DNA of 64,000 bases, from positions 32,001-96,000 of the forward strand of contig JBOEGF010000008.1 of NCBI GenBank assembly GCA_050633305.1, read 5' to 3'. How positions within the stretch are numbered: the first letter of the stretch is position 1; each line of letters begins with the position of its first letter. A model generated the notes under the pieces. The model ran no database searches and was not told the DNA's origin. It was given only the letters and a program-made list of their open reading frames with translations. The stretch is from Nannocystales bacterium. GTDB taxonomy: Bacteria > Myxococcota_A > Polyangia > Nannocystales > Nannocystaceae. Positions 29,201-37,747 of the stretch are shown here, one piece after another. Made by a program: the position numbers and the translations under genes.

Positions 29201-30503
29201 CCGGCCGCTTCTTGAGTTCGAGCTGGAAGTCCGCGCGTGGCGTGTATCCGCTTCGCCGCATGGTCACTCGTTTTCCGTCTTCGTCGACACGGGCTTCGGC
29301 GAGCGTCGCGATGTCGTAGTCGTCTGCGAGCTTGCCAAGCTCGACCGAGAGCGCGAAGTCCTCGATGCTTGCGGTCCGCTTCTTGCCCGGCCCTGCCAAC
29401 GGGTAGCTGTATCGAAGCTTGCCATCGGACTCGGTGAGGAGTTGTTGATAGCGCACCACGATGCGTCGGCTGCCCGACGCGGGAACAGGGAAGATGCGGG
29501 CGCGAACCGTGTGCTCGTCGATCCACTCCAACAACGCGGGGTCGTTCGCCTTCTGCACGGTCTCTTCGTAGGTGCGTGCCGCCTTCTTTCGCTCGACCAC
29601 CTCCCCCTCGACGAGCTGTCCATTCGTCTCCAGCGCAAAGCTGACCAGCTGGCTCCCGTGAGGAATGGTGAACCAGTAGTAGCCTTCGACATCTCGGCTC
29701 GAGGGGTTGAAGAAGACTTGCTCAACCTTGGTCTCCGCCAACTCGTCGCGCATCACCACGTTGACCGACTGCCGCTGAATCTGAAGAGGCAGCGCTTCGG
29801 ACCCCGGCGGCGCGGACCGGTCGACGGCATACAAGCTGCCCGACCCTGCCGAGCCGCCAGCCCCCAGACCACTGCCGTCGCCCATTCCCCCGGTCCAGTC
29901 GTCCCAGAACGCGACGGCCTCCACCTGCGGCGCAGCGCTAGCGCTGAGCGTGACCCGCTCACCCGCCGCCGCCTCGGTCCGGCCTCCGGCGTTGCTCACG
30001 ATGGCCAAGCCATCCGCCACGTAGACCCGTGCCTCACCGTCACGAACCTCCAAGCTCGCGCCACCGTCGGAAAGAGCCACCGCAGCGTCCCCTACCTTGT
30101 GGGACACCGGCGCCTGGCCGCGTTCTAGGCCCGGGGCATCCAACCATGCGCGGCCCGCAACGAGGACCAATCCTTCGTGCAGCTCCACGGTCGTGCCCTC
30201 GTCGAGGTACACACGTGCGCCATCGCTGAGTCGGATCAGCGCACGCGCACCACCGGCGGTGCGAAGACGAGCGCCCTGCGGCAGTGGTGTGCCCGACAAC
30301 AGCCGACGAGCCTCGCCGTCAGTCTCGATGACGACCTCGCCAGCCGCGAGTTCGAGATTCGCCGCGAGCTGCTCGGTGGCGAGCGGAGGAGGGGTTTCCC
30401 AGGGTTTGAGGACCGCCAACGCAACGCCTCCGCCGATGAGCGCGACGGCTGCGATGCCCTGAAGGATCTTGTGACGAACGGTAGAGCGGGTCATGGGGTG
30501 CAT
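26271..30503 (-). CDS. FecR-like, VIT, vWA and TPR multidomain protein
   Basis: N-terminal TM, RT..G.RA...L.DG FecR-like region, VEQVFFNP...EG.Y.F..P VIT, VVVVDTS vWA, C-terminal TPRs. Confidence 0.88.
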   Translation of the reverse strand: MHPMTRSTVRHKILQGIAAVALIGGGVALAVLKPWETPPPLATEQLAANLELAAGEVVIETDGEARRLLSGTPLPQGARLRTAGGARALIRLSDGARVYLDEGTTVELHEGLVLVAGRAWLDAPGLERGQAPVSHKVGDAAVALSDGGASLEVRDGEARVYVADGLAIVSNAGGRTEAAAGERVTLSASAAPQVEAVAFWDDWTGGMGDGSGLGAGGSAGSGSLYAVDRSAPPGSEALPLQIQRQSVNVVMRDELAETKVEQVFFNPSSRDVEGYYWFTIPHGSQLVSFALETNGQLVEGEVVERKKAARTYEETVQKANDPALLEWIDEHTVRARIFPVPASGSRRIVVRYQQLLTESDGKLRYSYPLAGPGKKRTASIEDFALSVELGKLADDYDIATLAEARVDEDGKRVTMRRSGYTPRADFQLELKKRPGTERPPLRLSMLEPGGDQARYAMVRYSPELDFDEVPTPQGQVVVVVDTSAAGDPAEYQTRLAVAEAFLRSLSAGDEFAVVSADVRAEVLYPEAGLAKASPDTVSAALERLAEHGTGGATDLGAIFEEALERVHGLDQPAVVYVGDGMATSGERAGDALAERLRRSMTGSRARLFTVGVGQEVDDALLHALARIGGGTHLRVQSPEQAIVRALELSGALKTPTITDLEVELGEGLDDVFVNTTGKLSRGQELVLLARTHYDLPDEVTVRGRLGGEPFEKVHKLERTKGVLEQVVPRLWAAAYIERLLGDSRGPEAVRGKVLSLGLEYGLMSPYTSILALESERAYASAGIVRRQRQIGGVRLTANLRDRVPTKRGLADDASLPERILVGFFSAPFGCDSGSSADEAVAAKAVEGAKNEEVSNVASSPGDAAVASVDASSVDAEPQRAADGKVMEEESREFAAKAKLEAPSPATKTRKKKVNLGSGDDPLMGGGGAGGGKRGGVTEDSRIDKIAEVQPRAQRERRRIVSSVRRGRKLPCSDASARGLAHRRILWRKRLGSAVTMTQSLQSYEAAAGSCEIRGWKDQRTFLRLLQASAASEADIELLLSHFHDESDAARYVARALLRRLVDPALIASVDSAMFGSLVDWADVDRRVILEVTLDDKLGVVRAALARAPGDPAGELRLLELLVAGGRLEQAVGRGRRLREQGLMTPGLAQSLGEIMVAHGQTDEAQRLFSEIVEFDPTSAASRKLLGDIFLRHGWYDGAYRQYEDLVELQTDDALAGIRLARAAAGTGRTDEALRTLRKIAAGEGRPGANDPRRFARLHAVAYLARILEQATDSADIPAQSVARELRRLQLFDGPSTWTLLVWEDLAANLVLTHADPTAAGHLGDPIIAGDTGLFALAAPAAGLPELTVRQTGEAMSRPVAYTRITITFDGKAFAVKHKDGTIAGTRSPLMEMPAAPAEMAPEEDAGALTP

Positions 30504-30549
30504 TCCTCGGGAAGCGGCGAGGTCTCAACGTGTCGAGGAGGGCGAAGGT

Positions 30550-30582
30550 CTGTCATCAAGCAGTCATCAAGTCGCCATCAAG
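30550..30582. promoter_or_regulatory. Three 11-bp direct repeats, OmpR/PhoB-family-type binding site
   Basis: CTGTCATCAAG-CAGTCATCAAG-TCGCCATCAAG, about 50-80 bp upstream of the VIT gene. Confidence 0.6.
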
Positions 30583-30735
30583 CAGCGCCACGTGGACCGG
30601 TTGAAAGCCCCCCGTGCGATTGGAGCAGTTTTTTTCGTGGTTGCGGGTGCACAAGTGCACGGGATGGGGAAACGAGAGTTCCCGAACCCGGGCCCTTGCG
30701 GTAGGGCCCCCGGGCCGGGACTCTCATCCACGCGT

Positions 30736-31482
30736 TCACGGCCTTCGCTGCTCCGCGCTCAACACCGTGCGCTCCAACGTCTTGCGGTGGGCCTTGCCGC
30801 GAACGCTCCAGTACGGCTTGATGCGCAGCCGGTCCCGAGACACCCCACGCGCGAGCCACACCTCCCGAAGGGCCACGACCGCCGTCGCTTCCCCCGAAAG
30901 CCACACCACCCCGGGCCCATCGGGGACCGAAGCCGTTCGGGCGTGCTCGACCAACGCTTCGCCAGACGCTCTTCGGCGCGAAACGGCGACCAGGTCGAGG
31001 TGTTTGACGGCGTCTGTCTCATCCTCGTGAGTCTCGATTGCACCGAACGTGGGGGCGTTGGGCGGGAGCGCGGACAAGAGTGCTTCCGCCAGTCCAATCG
31101 CGGTTTCGTCCCCGTAGAACGCGGCCCAAGGCTCAGATCCTCGTGGGGCAGGAACACTGGACCCGGGGCCCAAGAAGTGAACGGCATTCCCGGGCTGAAG
31201 TCCGTTCACCCACCGGGATGCGGCGCTGTCGCCCTGCGCGAACACGACGATGTCCATCTCGCCGACCGAGGCATCAATGCGCGCAGGCGTGTAGCTGCGC
31301 ATCTCGCCCTCCCCGACATGCACCTTGATCTTGCAACCCGGAGTGAACGGCACCCCCGCGCAGCGTTCAGAATGCAGCTCGACCCGGAGGACCGACGGCG
31401 AGAGCCTCCGAACGCCAGTGACTTGGGCTTCGTGTCCAAGTGCCCGCACTCCGAGGCTCTGGATGCTCTTTGAAAATGCCAT
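30736..31482 (-). CDS. Siderophore-interacting protein (FAD-binding, ViuB-like)
   Basis: RSYT, GP, GDETA, WLSGE, KPYW..G. Confidence 0.88.
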   Translation of the reverse strand: MAFSKSIQSLGVRALGHEAQVTGVRRLSPSVLRVELHSERCAGVPFTPGCKIKVHVGEGEMRSYTPARIDASVGEMDIVVFAQGDSAASRWVNGLQPGNAVHFLGPGSSVPAPRGSEPWAAFYGDETAIGLAEALLSALPPNAPTFGAIETHEDETDAVKHLDLVAVSRRRASGEALVEHARTASVPDGPGVVWLSGEATAVVALREVWLARGVSRDRLRIKPYWSVRGKAHRKTLERTVLSAEQRRP

Positions 31483-31602
31483 TCAACTTCACATGTGACC
31501 CGCCGAAGGCTGATCCGCAACCCCAGTGCACAAAACTTCACGTGCGCGCGCGGCGAAACCTCCAGTCGCTCCGGGCGCCGCTTCGTGACAAGCTCCGCCG
31601 TC

Positions 31603-32616
31603 ATGCGACACGTTCTCAGCATGGCGGTTCTCGGCGTCGTCGGACTCATCGCGACCCCAGCGTGGGCTGGTTGACCCGGCTGAACGAACCCCAACCTCCC
31701 GGGCGGAGGTGCCACGCTCAATCAGAAACCCCTCGACACCGGTCGGCTGCGCCTCGGCGCGGTCATGCTGGGCTCGTGGGCGCGTTCCACCCACGACGGT
31801 CGTAGCGGCGACGGCCTCCCAAACTCAGAACACCGTATCGGCGCGGGGTGGGCCCAGTGGAATCTCTCGGCCCAGCTAGGGATCGCAGAACGGTTTGCAT
31901 TCGACGTCATGCTTCCTCTGCGACTGACCACTCTCAACGTGGCCTCGCTCGGTCCTGGAAACCGCTCGTTGGACGTTGGCGACACCATCCATCGCGACCA
32001 AACCGTGTTCTCCGCCGGCGACATGCTGCTCTCCACCCGATGGGGGCTGGTCCGCAACGAGGATGTCCGAGGCTGGACGCTCGACCTCAACCTCGGTGTC
32101 AACCTCCCGACCGGTCGCGTTCGTCCAGACCCTTTTCATCCCGACAACGAGCGCGGCGTTGAGCAGCTCTCTCACGGATCGGGCTCCGTCGACCCCTCCT
32201 ACGGGCTGGAGTCCTACTACAACGCCGGGAAGTGGGGTCTGACGACCTTCTCCACAGCCCGGGTCCCCGTGGCAACCAATCGGTACGGCAACCGGGCTGC
32301 GCGGGTCCTGCAAGGGGGCGTCGGGGTTGCCTCCGGGTTCGGACTGGTGCGGTGGCGCTTCCTGTTCCAGCAGGAGGTGTTCGCTGCTGGGCCCGTTCGG
32401 TGGGGAGAGACCGAGGCACCCAGCACGGGCCGAGTCTCGCTCATCGCCTCCGCGGGAGCGTTCTTTCAGCCCCGGCCCCGCCTCGGTCTGCACACCAAGG
32501 TGTCCGCGCCCTACTACACGTTTGCGCGTGATGGGGAATTCCTCTGGCCCTTCGTCGTCTCGGTCGGCATCAACTACACGTTCCACTTGGTGCCCGAAGA
32601 AAAGCACCACCACTGA
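31603..32616 (+). CDS. Putative selenoprotein (UPGU): outer-membrane beta-barrel transporter-like protein, 337 aa
   Basis: ATG 31603 is in frame with ORF 31765. Signal peptide ends in AWA. In-frame TGA at 31672 and 31681. Barrel motifs GD, LPTG, GSGSVD, C-terminal GINYTF and HHH. Confidence 0.8.
31694..31710 (+). promoter_or_regulatory. Candidate bacterial SECIS hairpin
   Basis: ACCTCC-CGGGC-GGAGGT, 6-bp stem with G-rich loop, after a 10-nt spacer from the second TGA. Confidence 0.6.
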
Positions 32617-32743
32617 CGGAGGGTGAGTTCATTCCGGGATCGGCGAGGCCGCACCGTTGCACTGTCTGCAACAGTCATGTCCGTAGAAGCGGAACATCGG
32701 GTGCTCTTGCCAAGACAAGCCTGGTGACTAGCTTTCCTCCGTC

Positions 32744-33199
32744 ATGCGACAGATCAAGCGCGAAGACTGGGAGAGCCACAAAAACTACCCGCACCAAGTC
32801 CTGCTGCTCGGTTCGCACGAGAACTTCCGCCGGATCAGCAGCCTTCTCGTTCACCGAGCCCAACACTCGGGCGAGGTCTCAGGGATCGAGTCCCTGTACC
32901 GGCGCTGGAAGTCTGCGATGCGCGGCCACGAGTACTACGAGGAACACAAGCTCTACCCGTACCTCGCAGAGCGTTGGGGCGTGTCGTTTCGCGACGCAGA
33001 GGCCGGCCATGAGGCCCTACGAGAGCGAGACCGCGATGTGCACTCGGCATTCCGCGACACCACCTCCTCAACCGCACTAACCGATGCGATGCACGGCCAT
33101 CACAACGTCCTCATCGAGCACCTTCAGTACGAGGAAGACTTGGTCATCCCGCTTCTTCTCGAACTCCCCGCAGAGGAGTTTCGTCGCACGTTCGGCTAG
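32744..33199 (+). CDS. Hemerythrin-like (HHE) domain protein
   Basis: H...H.YYEE..LYP...H...HL.YEE..V.P pattern. Confidence 0.85.
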   Translation: MRQIKREDWESHKNYPHQVLLLGSHENFRRISSLLVHRAQHSGEVSGIESLYRRWKSAMRGHEYYEEHKLYPYLAERWGVSFRDAEAGHEALRERDRDVHSAFRDTTSSTALTDAMHGHHNVLIEHLQYEEDLVIPLLLELPAEEFRRTFG

Positions 33200-33374
33200 C
33201 CGCCCACGCGACCTCGGTGTCGAGTCCGCAGACCGACACCGAGGGGCACGCGAACGGGCCAGCCTGCCCAGACTGCGGCCGGGCCGCGCCATCGATCGGC
33301 GCGCGCCGTCCCGCTTCGGGCAGATGCCGCGCACCGACGTGGTGACCGACGCGTGCTAGGCTCTTGACGCAGGC

Positions 33375-33986
33375 GTGAGCAACGAGGCGAAGTTTCCGGC
33401 GTTGACGGAATACCTGGCGAGCGTCCCTCACGGACTCGACAGCTACCCGGATTATTGGGCAAAGGCCTCACTGTACCGGGGAATGCTCGAGGGCCGCCCG
33501 CTGGTCGAGCCCATGCTCACCGACCTGCCCTTGGAGCTCCAAGCTCTGGTCGAACACCCGGTTCCGGTCTCCAGTTGGATGCCGGAGGTCCACAGCCACG
33601 CACTCATGCTGGCCATCTACGACACCCACTTCGGAGATCTCGACCGCTTCGTCGCGTGGGCCTACGACCAGCAGCGCGCGCTGTTCACCGGGCCTCTGTA
33701 CTCGGTCGCCATGCGCCTCGTTTCTCCAGGTCTGTTGTTCAAGACCGCCGCGGTTCGCTTCCGCATGTTCCACCGAGGGGCAAGCCTGGCGGTCGTGGAG
33801 CGCCGCGGCAACGGAGGGATCGCGAAGTTGGAGTATCCCCCCTGTCTGTATGACTCGATCTCGCGAGCCGGTCTGTGTGCAGGTCTACGTGCCGCCTTGG
33901 ACCTGACGGTCTCGGGACAATCCTCGATCGAGGTCATCGAGGCCGGAGACGACTACGCCCTTCTCAGCGCACGCTGGGACCGTTGA
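33375..33986 (+). CDS. Hypothetical myxobacterial protein (DUF2378-like)
   Basis: KAS...P.PVSSWMP...F..FH.G pattern. Family call from memory. Confidence 0.65.
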   Translation: MSNEAKFPALTEYLASVPHGLDSYPDYWAKASLYRGMLEGRPLVEPMLTDLPLELQALVEHPVPVSSWMPEVHSHALMLAIYDTHFGDLDRFVAWAYDQQRALFTGPLYSVAMRLVSPGLLFKTAAVRFRMFHRGASLAVVERRGNGGIAKLEYPPCLYDSISRAGLCAGLRAALDLTVSGQSSIEVIEAGDDYALLSARWDR

Positions 33987-34009
33987 GCGCCCCCCTGCGC
34001 CCGGAGCCT

Positions 34010-34885
34010 CTACGACCGTACGACCACACCGGGTCGCTCAAACGTCTCACGCAGCAGCTTCGGCGGGTTGAGCATCGAGCGGTGCCGATGTACGTCGTAG
34101 ACCTGCAAGCCGGCAAGCCCGTCGATGCGGGCCTGAAGGTCGGCCGGCTCCAAGTCGTGGGGACGAGGCGAGGCGAGCAAGAATCCCCAGGTCGCCTGGA
34201 ACGAAGGCACGAACGAATAGACCAGCTGGACCCACGGGAACACCTCGGCCAGCGTCGAACGAGTCGAGCGGATACCCGAGGGGTCGGTCAGGCTCAGCTC
34301 TCCCGCCTGGAGTACGACCACCCCATCTTCGGTGAGGACGCGAGCGATCTCCTCGAAGAACGGTACGGTCAGCACGCCCACCGAGGGCCCACCGGTTACG
34401 GGCTCGGTGAGGTCGAGGACCGCAGCATCAAAGCTGTTCGGCGCCTCGCTCACGAGGCCCTCGCGGATGTCCTGCAGTCGAATCTCGACCTTCGGATCAT
34501 CGAATGCCCCTTCGTGCCATGGCTCGAGATGGACCCTGCAGGCGTCAATGACGTCCCCGTCGAGGTCGAAGCCGACAATGCTCTCCACGCTGCGGTGACG
34601 CAAAATTTCCCGCAACGTCGCGCCCTCTCCCGCACCGCCGACCAGCACACGCCGCGGGTTTCCGTGGACCACCAACGCAGGATGGATCAGGGGCTCGTGG
34701 TAGAGCATCTCGTCGCTCACCGCGGACTGAATCATTCCGTCCAAGAACAAGGCCCGCCCGTAGGCGGCGGTCTCGGCGATGACGAGGTCTTGATAGCGCG
34801 TCCGCTGTTCGAGGATGACTTCGTCCAGCTCGAAGTCGATCCAGACTCCGGCCGACTCTTCGCGAATGGTTCTTGATGGGCTCAT
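34010..34885 (-). CDS. speE: Polyamine aminopropyltransferase (spermidine synthase family)
   Basis: T.YQ, GRALFLDG.IQS, YHE.L.HP, VLVGGAGEG..LRE, DLTEP. Confidence 0.9.
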   Translation of the reverse strand: MSPSRTIREESAGVWIDFELDEVILEQRTRYQDLVIAETAAYGRALFLDGMIQSAVSDEMLYHEPLIHPALVVHGNPRRVLVGGAGEGATLREILRHRSVESIVGFDLDGDVIDACRVHLEPWHEGAFDDPKVEIRLQDIREGLVSEAPNSFDAAVLDLTEPVTGGPSVGVLTVPFFEEIARVLTEDGVVVLQAGELSLTDPSGIRSTRSTLAEVFPWVQLVYSFVPSFQATWGFLLASPRPHDLEPADLQARIDGLAGLQVYDVHRHRSMLNPPKLLRETFERPGVVVRS

Positions 34886-35002
34886 GGCAGCTCGACCTTC
34901 GTGATGTGCCCGAGTCACAACACCCGAGCAGCACCGGGGCGCATATCATGTCGCCGAGCCCCAGACGAATCCCGTTGCGCCGAGCCCGGATGGGCGCATG
35001 CC

Positions 35003-35599
35003 CTAGAAGTCCGCGAGGATCGCGGCCTTCTTCGCCTCGAATTCTTCGTCGTTGAGCAAGCCCTCTCGCTTCGCCTCCTTGAGCTGCTCGAGCTTCTCTT
35101 TGAGGGTCTTGTTGCCCTTGTGCTGAGCCGCCTTCTCTTCCTTCTTCTCCTTGTAGACCTCTTGGAAGATCGTCTTCAGCTCATCCTCTCCGAGCGTCCG
35201 GCCGCTGGCGAAGTAACGGTTCGACGCCTCACCGATGGCCCAGGTCAGCGCGTAGGCCATCGAGATGGTGACGACCCAGCCGAAGAACGGGATGAACTTC
35301 GCGGCCGCCATGATCACGTTCTGCGCCACGATGCTGGCGCCGAACGTGCTCAACATCTCCAGAATCGACTTCCGGTTCATCTCGTAGCCGTGGATCTTTC
35401 CGATCCCTTGGACCATCGCGATCTGCACGGGAGCGATGAGCGCTGAGTCGAGGAAGGGCACTGGCTGAACCGTCAGCGCGCCGGCAGCAACGCTGCAGAC
35501 CTGCACCAGCTCCTTGATGGCAGTCCGCTTCTCGGCGTCGGTCGCGTTGTCGTAGTTGCCGTCGAGGACGCGCTTGATCGTGTCGAGATGACCGGACAT
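35003..35599 (-). CDS. DUF697-like protein with C-terminal SHOCT domain
   Basis: P.PF.D...IAPVQ..MV..IG, KFIP..G, T.AIG; L.QLKE...EGLLNDEEFEAKKA.IL. Confidence 0.85.
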   Translation of the reverse strand: MSGHLDTIKRVLDGNYDNATDAEKRTAIKELVQVCSVAAGALTVQPVPFLDSALIAPVQIAMVQGIGKIHGYEMNRKSILEMLSTFGASIVAQNVIMAAAKFIPFFGWVVTISMAYALTWAIGEASNRYFASGRTLGEDELKTIFQEVYKEKKEEKAAQHKGNKTLKEKLEQLKEAKREGLLNDEEFEAKKAAILADF

Positions 35600-35789
35600 C
35601 GGGCGGCATCGTATCTGCGAAGGGCCGAACCGACCAGCGCTGCGAGCAGCGCCAACACATCACAGTGGCGGTGGACAGACCCAATCCTCGCGCTCGCCAG
35701 GGCCCGCCAGCCCGCCTACAACGTGGGCAGCTGCCCACCACAATCGTGACCGGTCAAATATGCGGGGGACTCCCATCGTCGAACGATGA

Positions 35790-36848
35790 GTGCGACGTCG
35801 AAGTCTCATTGGACTCAGTCTCGGGGTCGCCGTGACTGTGGGCTGCGAAAAGGATCGTAGCGCCACCACGAGCCCCCAGCAGAATCCTGGCCTGCGCTGC
35901 CGCAGCCGGGTCGAGCCCGAGCAACTGCTCCCCGGAGACGCGCGGTTCGTCGCCTACTACAACATGGACCGCGAGCGACGATTCGCGCCGCGAGTCTCCA
36001 CCGAACCCAGCGGGGGGCCGAGGAATCTCCTCCCCATCGAGGTCGAAGCTGTCCGCGTGGCATGGATAGGAGTCTCCGCCGCCTGCGAACTGGACGATCG
36101 TTTTTTCGGCGAAGCGTGGTTGGCGGTCGATGCCGAAGAGGAGGCCGTGGTCGTTCTGTCGGGCCAAGGCATCGGCAATGAAAAGAACTTGCGATGCATC
36201 TCGAACCGGCTCTCGGCGATCGACCCAAGCTTCGTCGATGGCACGGTCATCCGCTCCGCAGAATGCGGTTTGGAGATCGACGCCGAATATGACGACGTCT
36301 CGGGCTTCGCCCCCTCGGACGATGTGCTCGTCTTGGGCACGATCCCTGCCGTCGAGCGGGCCCGTGCGGTGTGGAACGGCCGTTTCCCAGATCCACCGGC
36401 GGACCTGCTCCCGCCCAAGCGCACCAAAGCTTGGCTCTGGGGGGCGGTGGACGTGGACGCGTTGCTCTCCCCGAGCGAGGTCGCGGACGTTTTTGCGGAC
36501 GGTGGCCACGGCGAGTTCGGTGCGCTCTCCACCGTCAAGACCATAGAATTCCAGGCCGCGATGACCCGGCGATTCTCACTCGAGGCGGGCGCAACCTTCC
36601 CCAGCGATGCGGATGTTCGCGCAGTCAGGGCCGTCCTCGACGCCATGGTCGCCGCGCCACCGCCTGCGCTCCCGACTTGGGCAAAATCCTTGTTCTCGAA
36701 GAGTCGAGTGAGCAGCCACGGCCCTCGCGTCACAGTCTCTCTCCCCCTGGACCGGCGGACCGCGTACGACATGGGTCTGATCCCCAGCCACACGGAGGCC
36801 AATCAGATGCCGGCGTTCGCTTGGCTGTCCGCGATCATCGTCCTGTAG
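35790..36848 (+). CDS. Hypothetical lipoprotein
   Basis: RRRS...AVTVGC lipobox, 352 aa. Confidence 0.7.
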   Translation: MRRRSLIGLSLGVAVTVGCEKDRSATTSPQQNPGLRCRSRVEPEQLLPGDARFVAYYNMDRERRFAPRVSTEPSGGPRNLLPIEVEAVRVAWIGVSAACELDDRFFGEAWLAVDAEEEAVVVLSGQGIGNEKNLRCISNRLSAIDPSFVDGTVIRSAECGLEIDAEYDDVSGFAPSDDVLVLGTIPAVERARAVWNGRFPDPPADLLPPKRTKAWLWGAVDVDALLSPSEVADVFADGGHGEFGALSTVKTIEFQAAMTRRFSLEAGATFPSDADVRAVRAVLDAMVAAPPPALPTWAKSLFSKSRVSSHGPRVTVSLPLDRRTAYDMGLIPSHTEANQMPAFAWLSAIIVL

Positions 36849-37076
36849 TCCGTGTCCGTGGCGCGAACAGGACAAGGCCCAAGAACAGGCGCGTCCCCAC
36901 GGCCCACGGTCGCGCTCACCACTGAGAAGGCTCCGTGTTTCCACGACCCGGACTGGGCCGGCGCTTCGTTCAGCGCAGCCACTTCGACACTCAGAGAAGC
37001 CGAGGAACGGACGATTCGGATCGGGTCCACGTTGGAAGTTTTGCGCAGCTTCGTCTACGCTGGACCAGGCCTCTCT

Positions 37077-37700
37077 GTGGCATTCCGTCCCAAGTCCGGC
37101 ATCAAGGGCTCCATGCTTCGAGAGTTCGTGGTTTGGTACAGCGAGGCGAACCCAGGCAAGTTGCAGCAGGTCATCGAGGGGCTGTCAGAGGAGCTCCAAG
37201 CCCCGTTTGATCCAGCGCACCCGACCCTCGGAATGCTCCCATCACGATGGTACCCCGCCCCGGCGGTTCACGCGGTGATCGACAGCATGCTCGACGGGAT
37301 GCTCGCCCGCGACGTCAACCAGCTCGCGCAAATGGCCGGCGCGACAACGGTGGCGCGAATGAAGGACAACGGCGTTTACAACCTGTTCTTCCGCTGGGTG
37401 CTACGCCCGTCGAACTACAGCAAGATCATCCAGGCGATGTGGACGCTCAACTACGACTCCGGACGCTTGGAGACCATCGACCATGGTCCTTGTCGGCAAG
37501 AAGGCCGCGTCCACGACTGGAACTCGCACCACCCGTTCTTGTGCCGAACCAACATCGCGGTGAAGCGCAGCGTGTGGGAAGCGATGGGGTGCATCGGTGC
37601 ACGGATCGAAGAGCAGTTCTGCATCTCCGATGGTGCTCCGTACTGCGGGTCGGTGATTTCGTGGCAGCCAGGCACGCCGCGAGACGAACCCGAAGGCTGA
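37077..37700 (+). CDS. Hypothetical protein, DUF2378-like N-terminus and V4R-like C-terminus
   Basis: IKGS...LPSRWYP...W..NYDSG...C...C...G..YC...ISW. Start uncertain. Confidence 0.65.
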   Translation: MAFRPKSGIKGSMLREFVVWYSEANPGKLQQVIEGLSEELQAPFDPAHPTLGMLPSRWYPAPAVHAVIDSMLDGMLARDVNQLAQMAGATTVARMKDNGVYNLFFRWVLRPSNYSKIIQAMWTLNYDSGRLETIDHGPCRQEGRVHDWNSHHPFLCRTNIAVKRSVWEAMGCIGARIEEQFCISDGAPYCGSVISWQPGTPRDEPEG

Positions 37701-37747
37701 GTTTCGGGGCGACCTGTCACCCAACGCGCGGAGCCCAAACTGCGGGG

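Noticed and set aside
31672..31683. Genome-wide UGA reassignment (code 4 or 25), or a pseudogene with two nonsense mutations
   Set aside because: Many genes here end at TGA, including ATGA/GTGA overlaps, and Trp uses TGG. Two independent stops in exact CxxC spacing right after a signal peptide, with the rest of the frame intact, fit Sec better. A pseudogene is not fully excluded.
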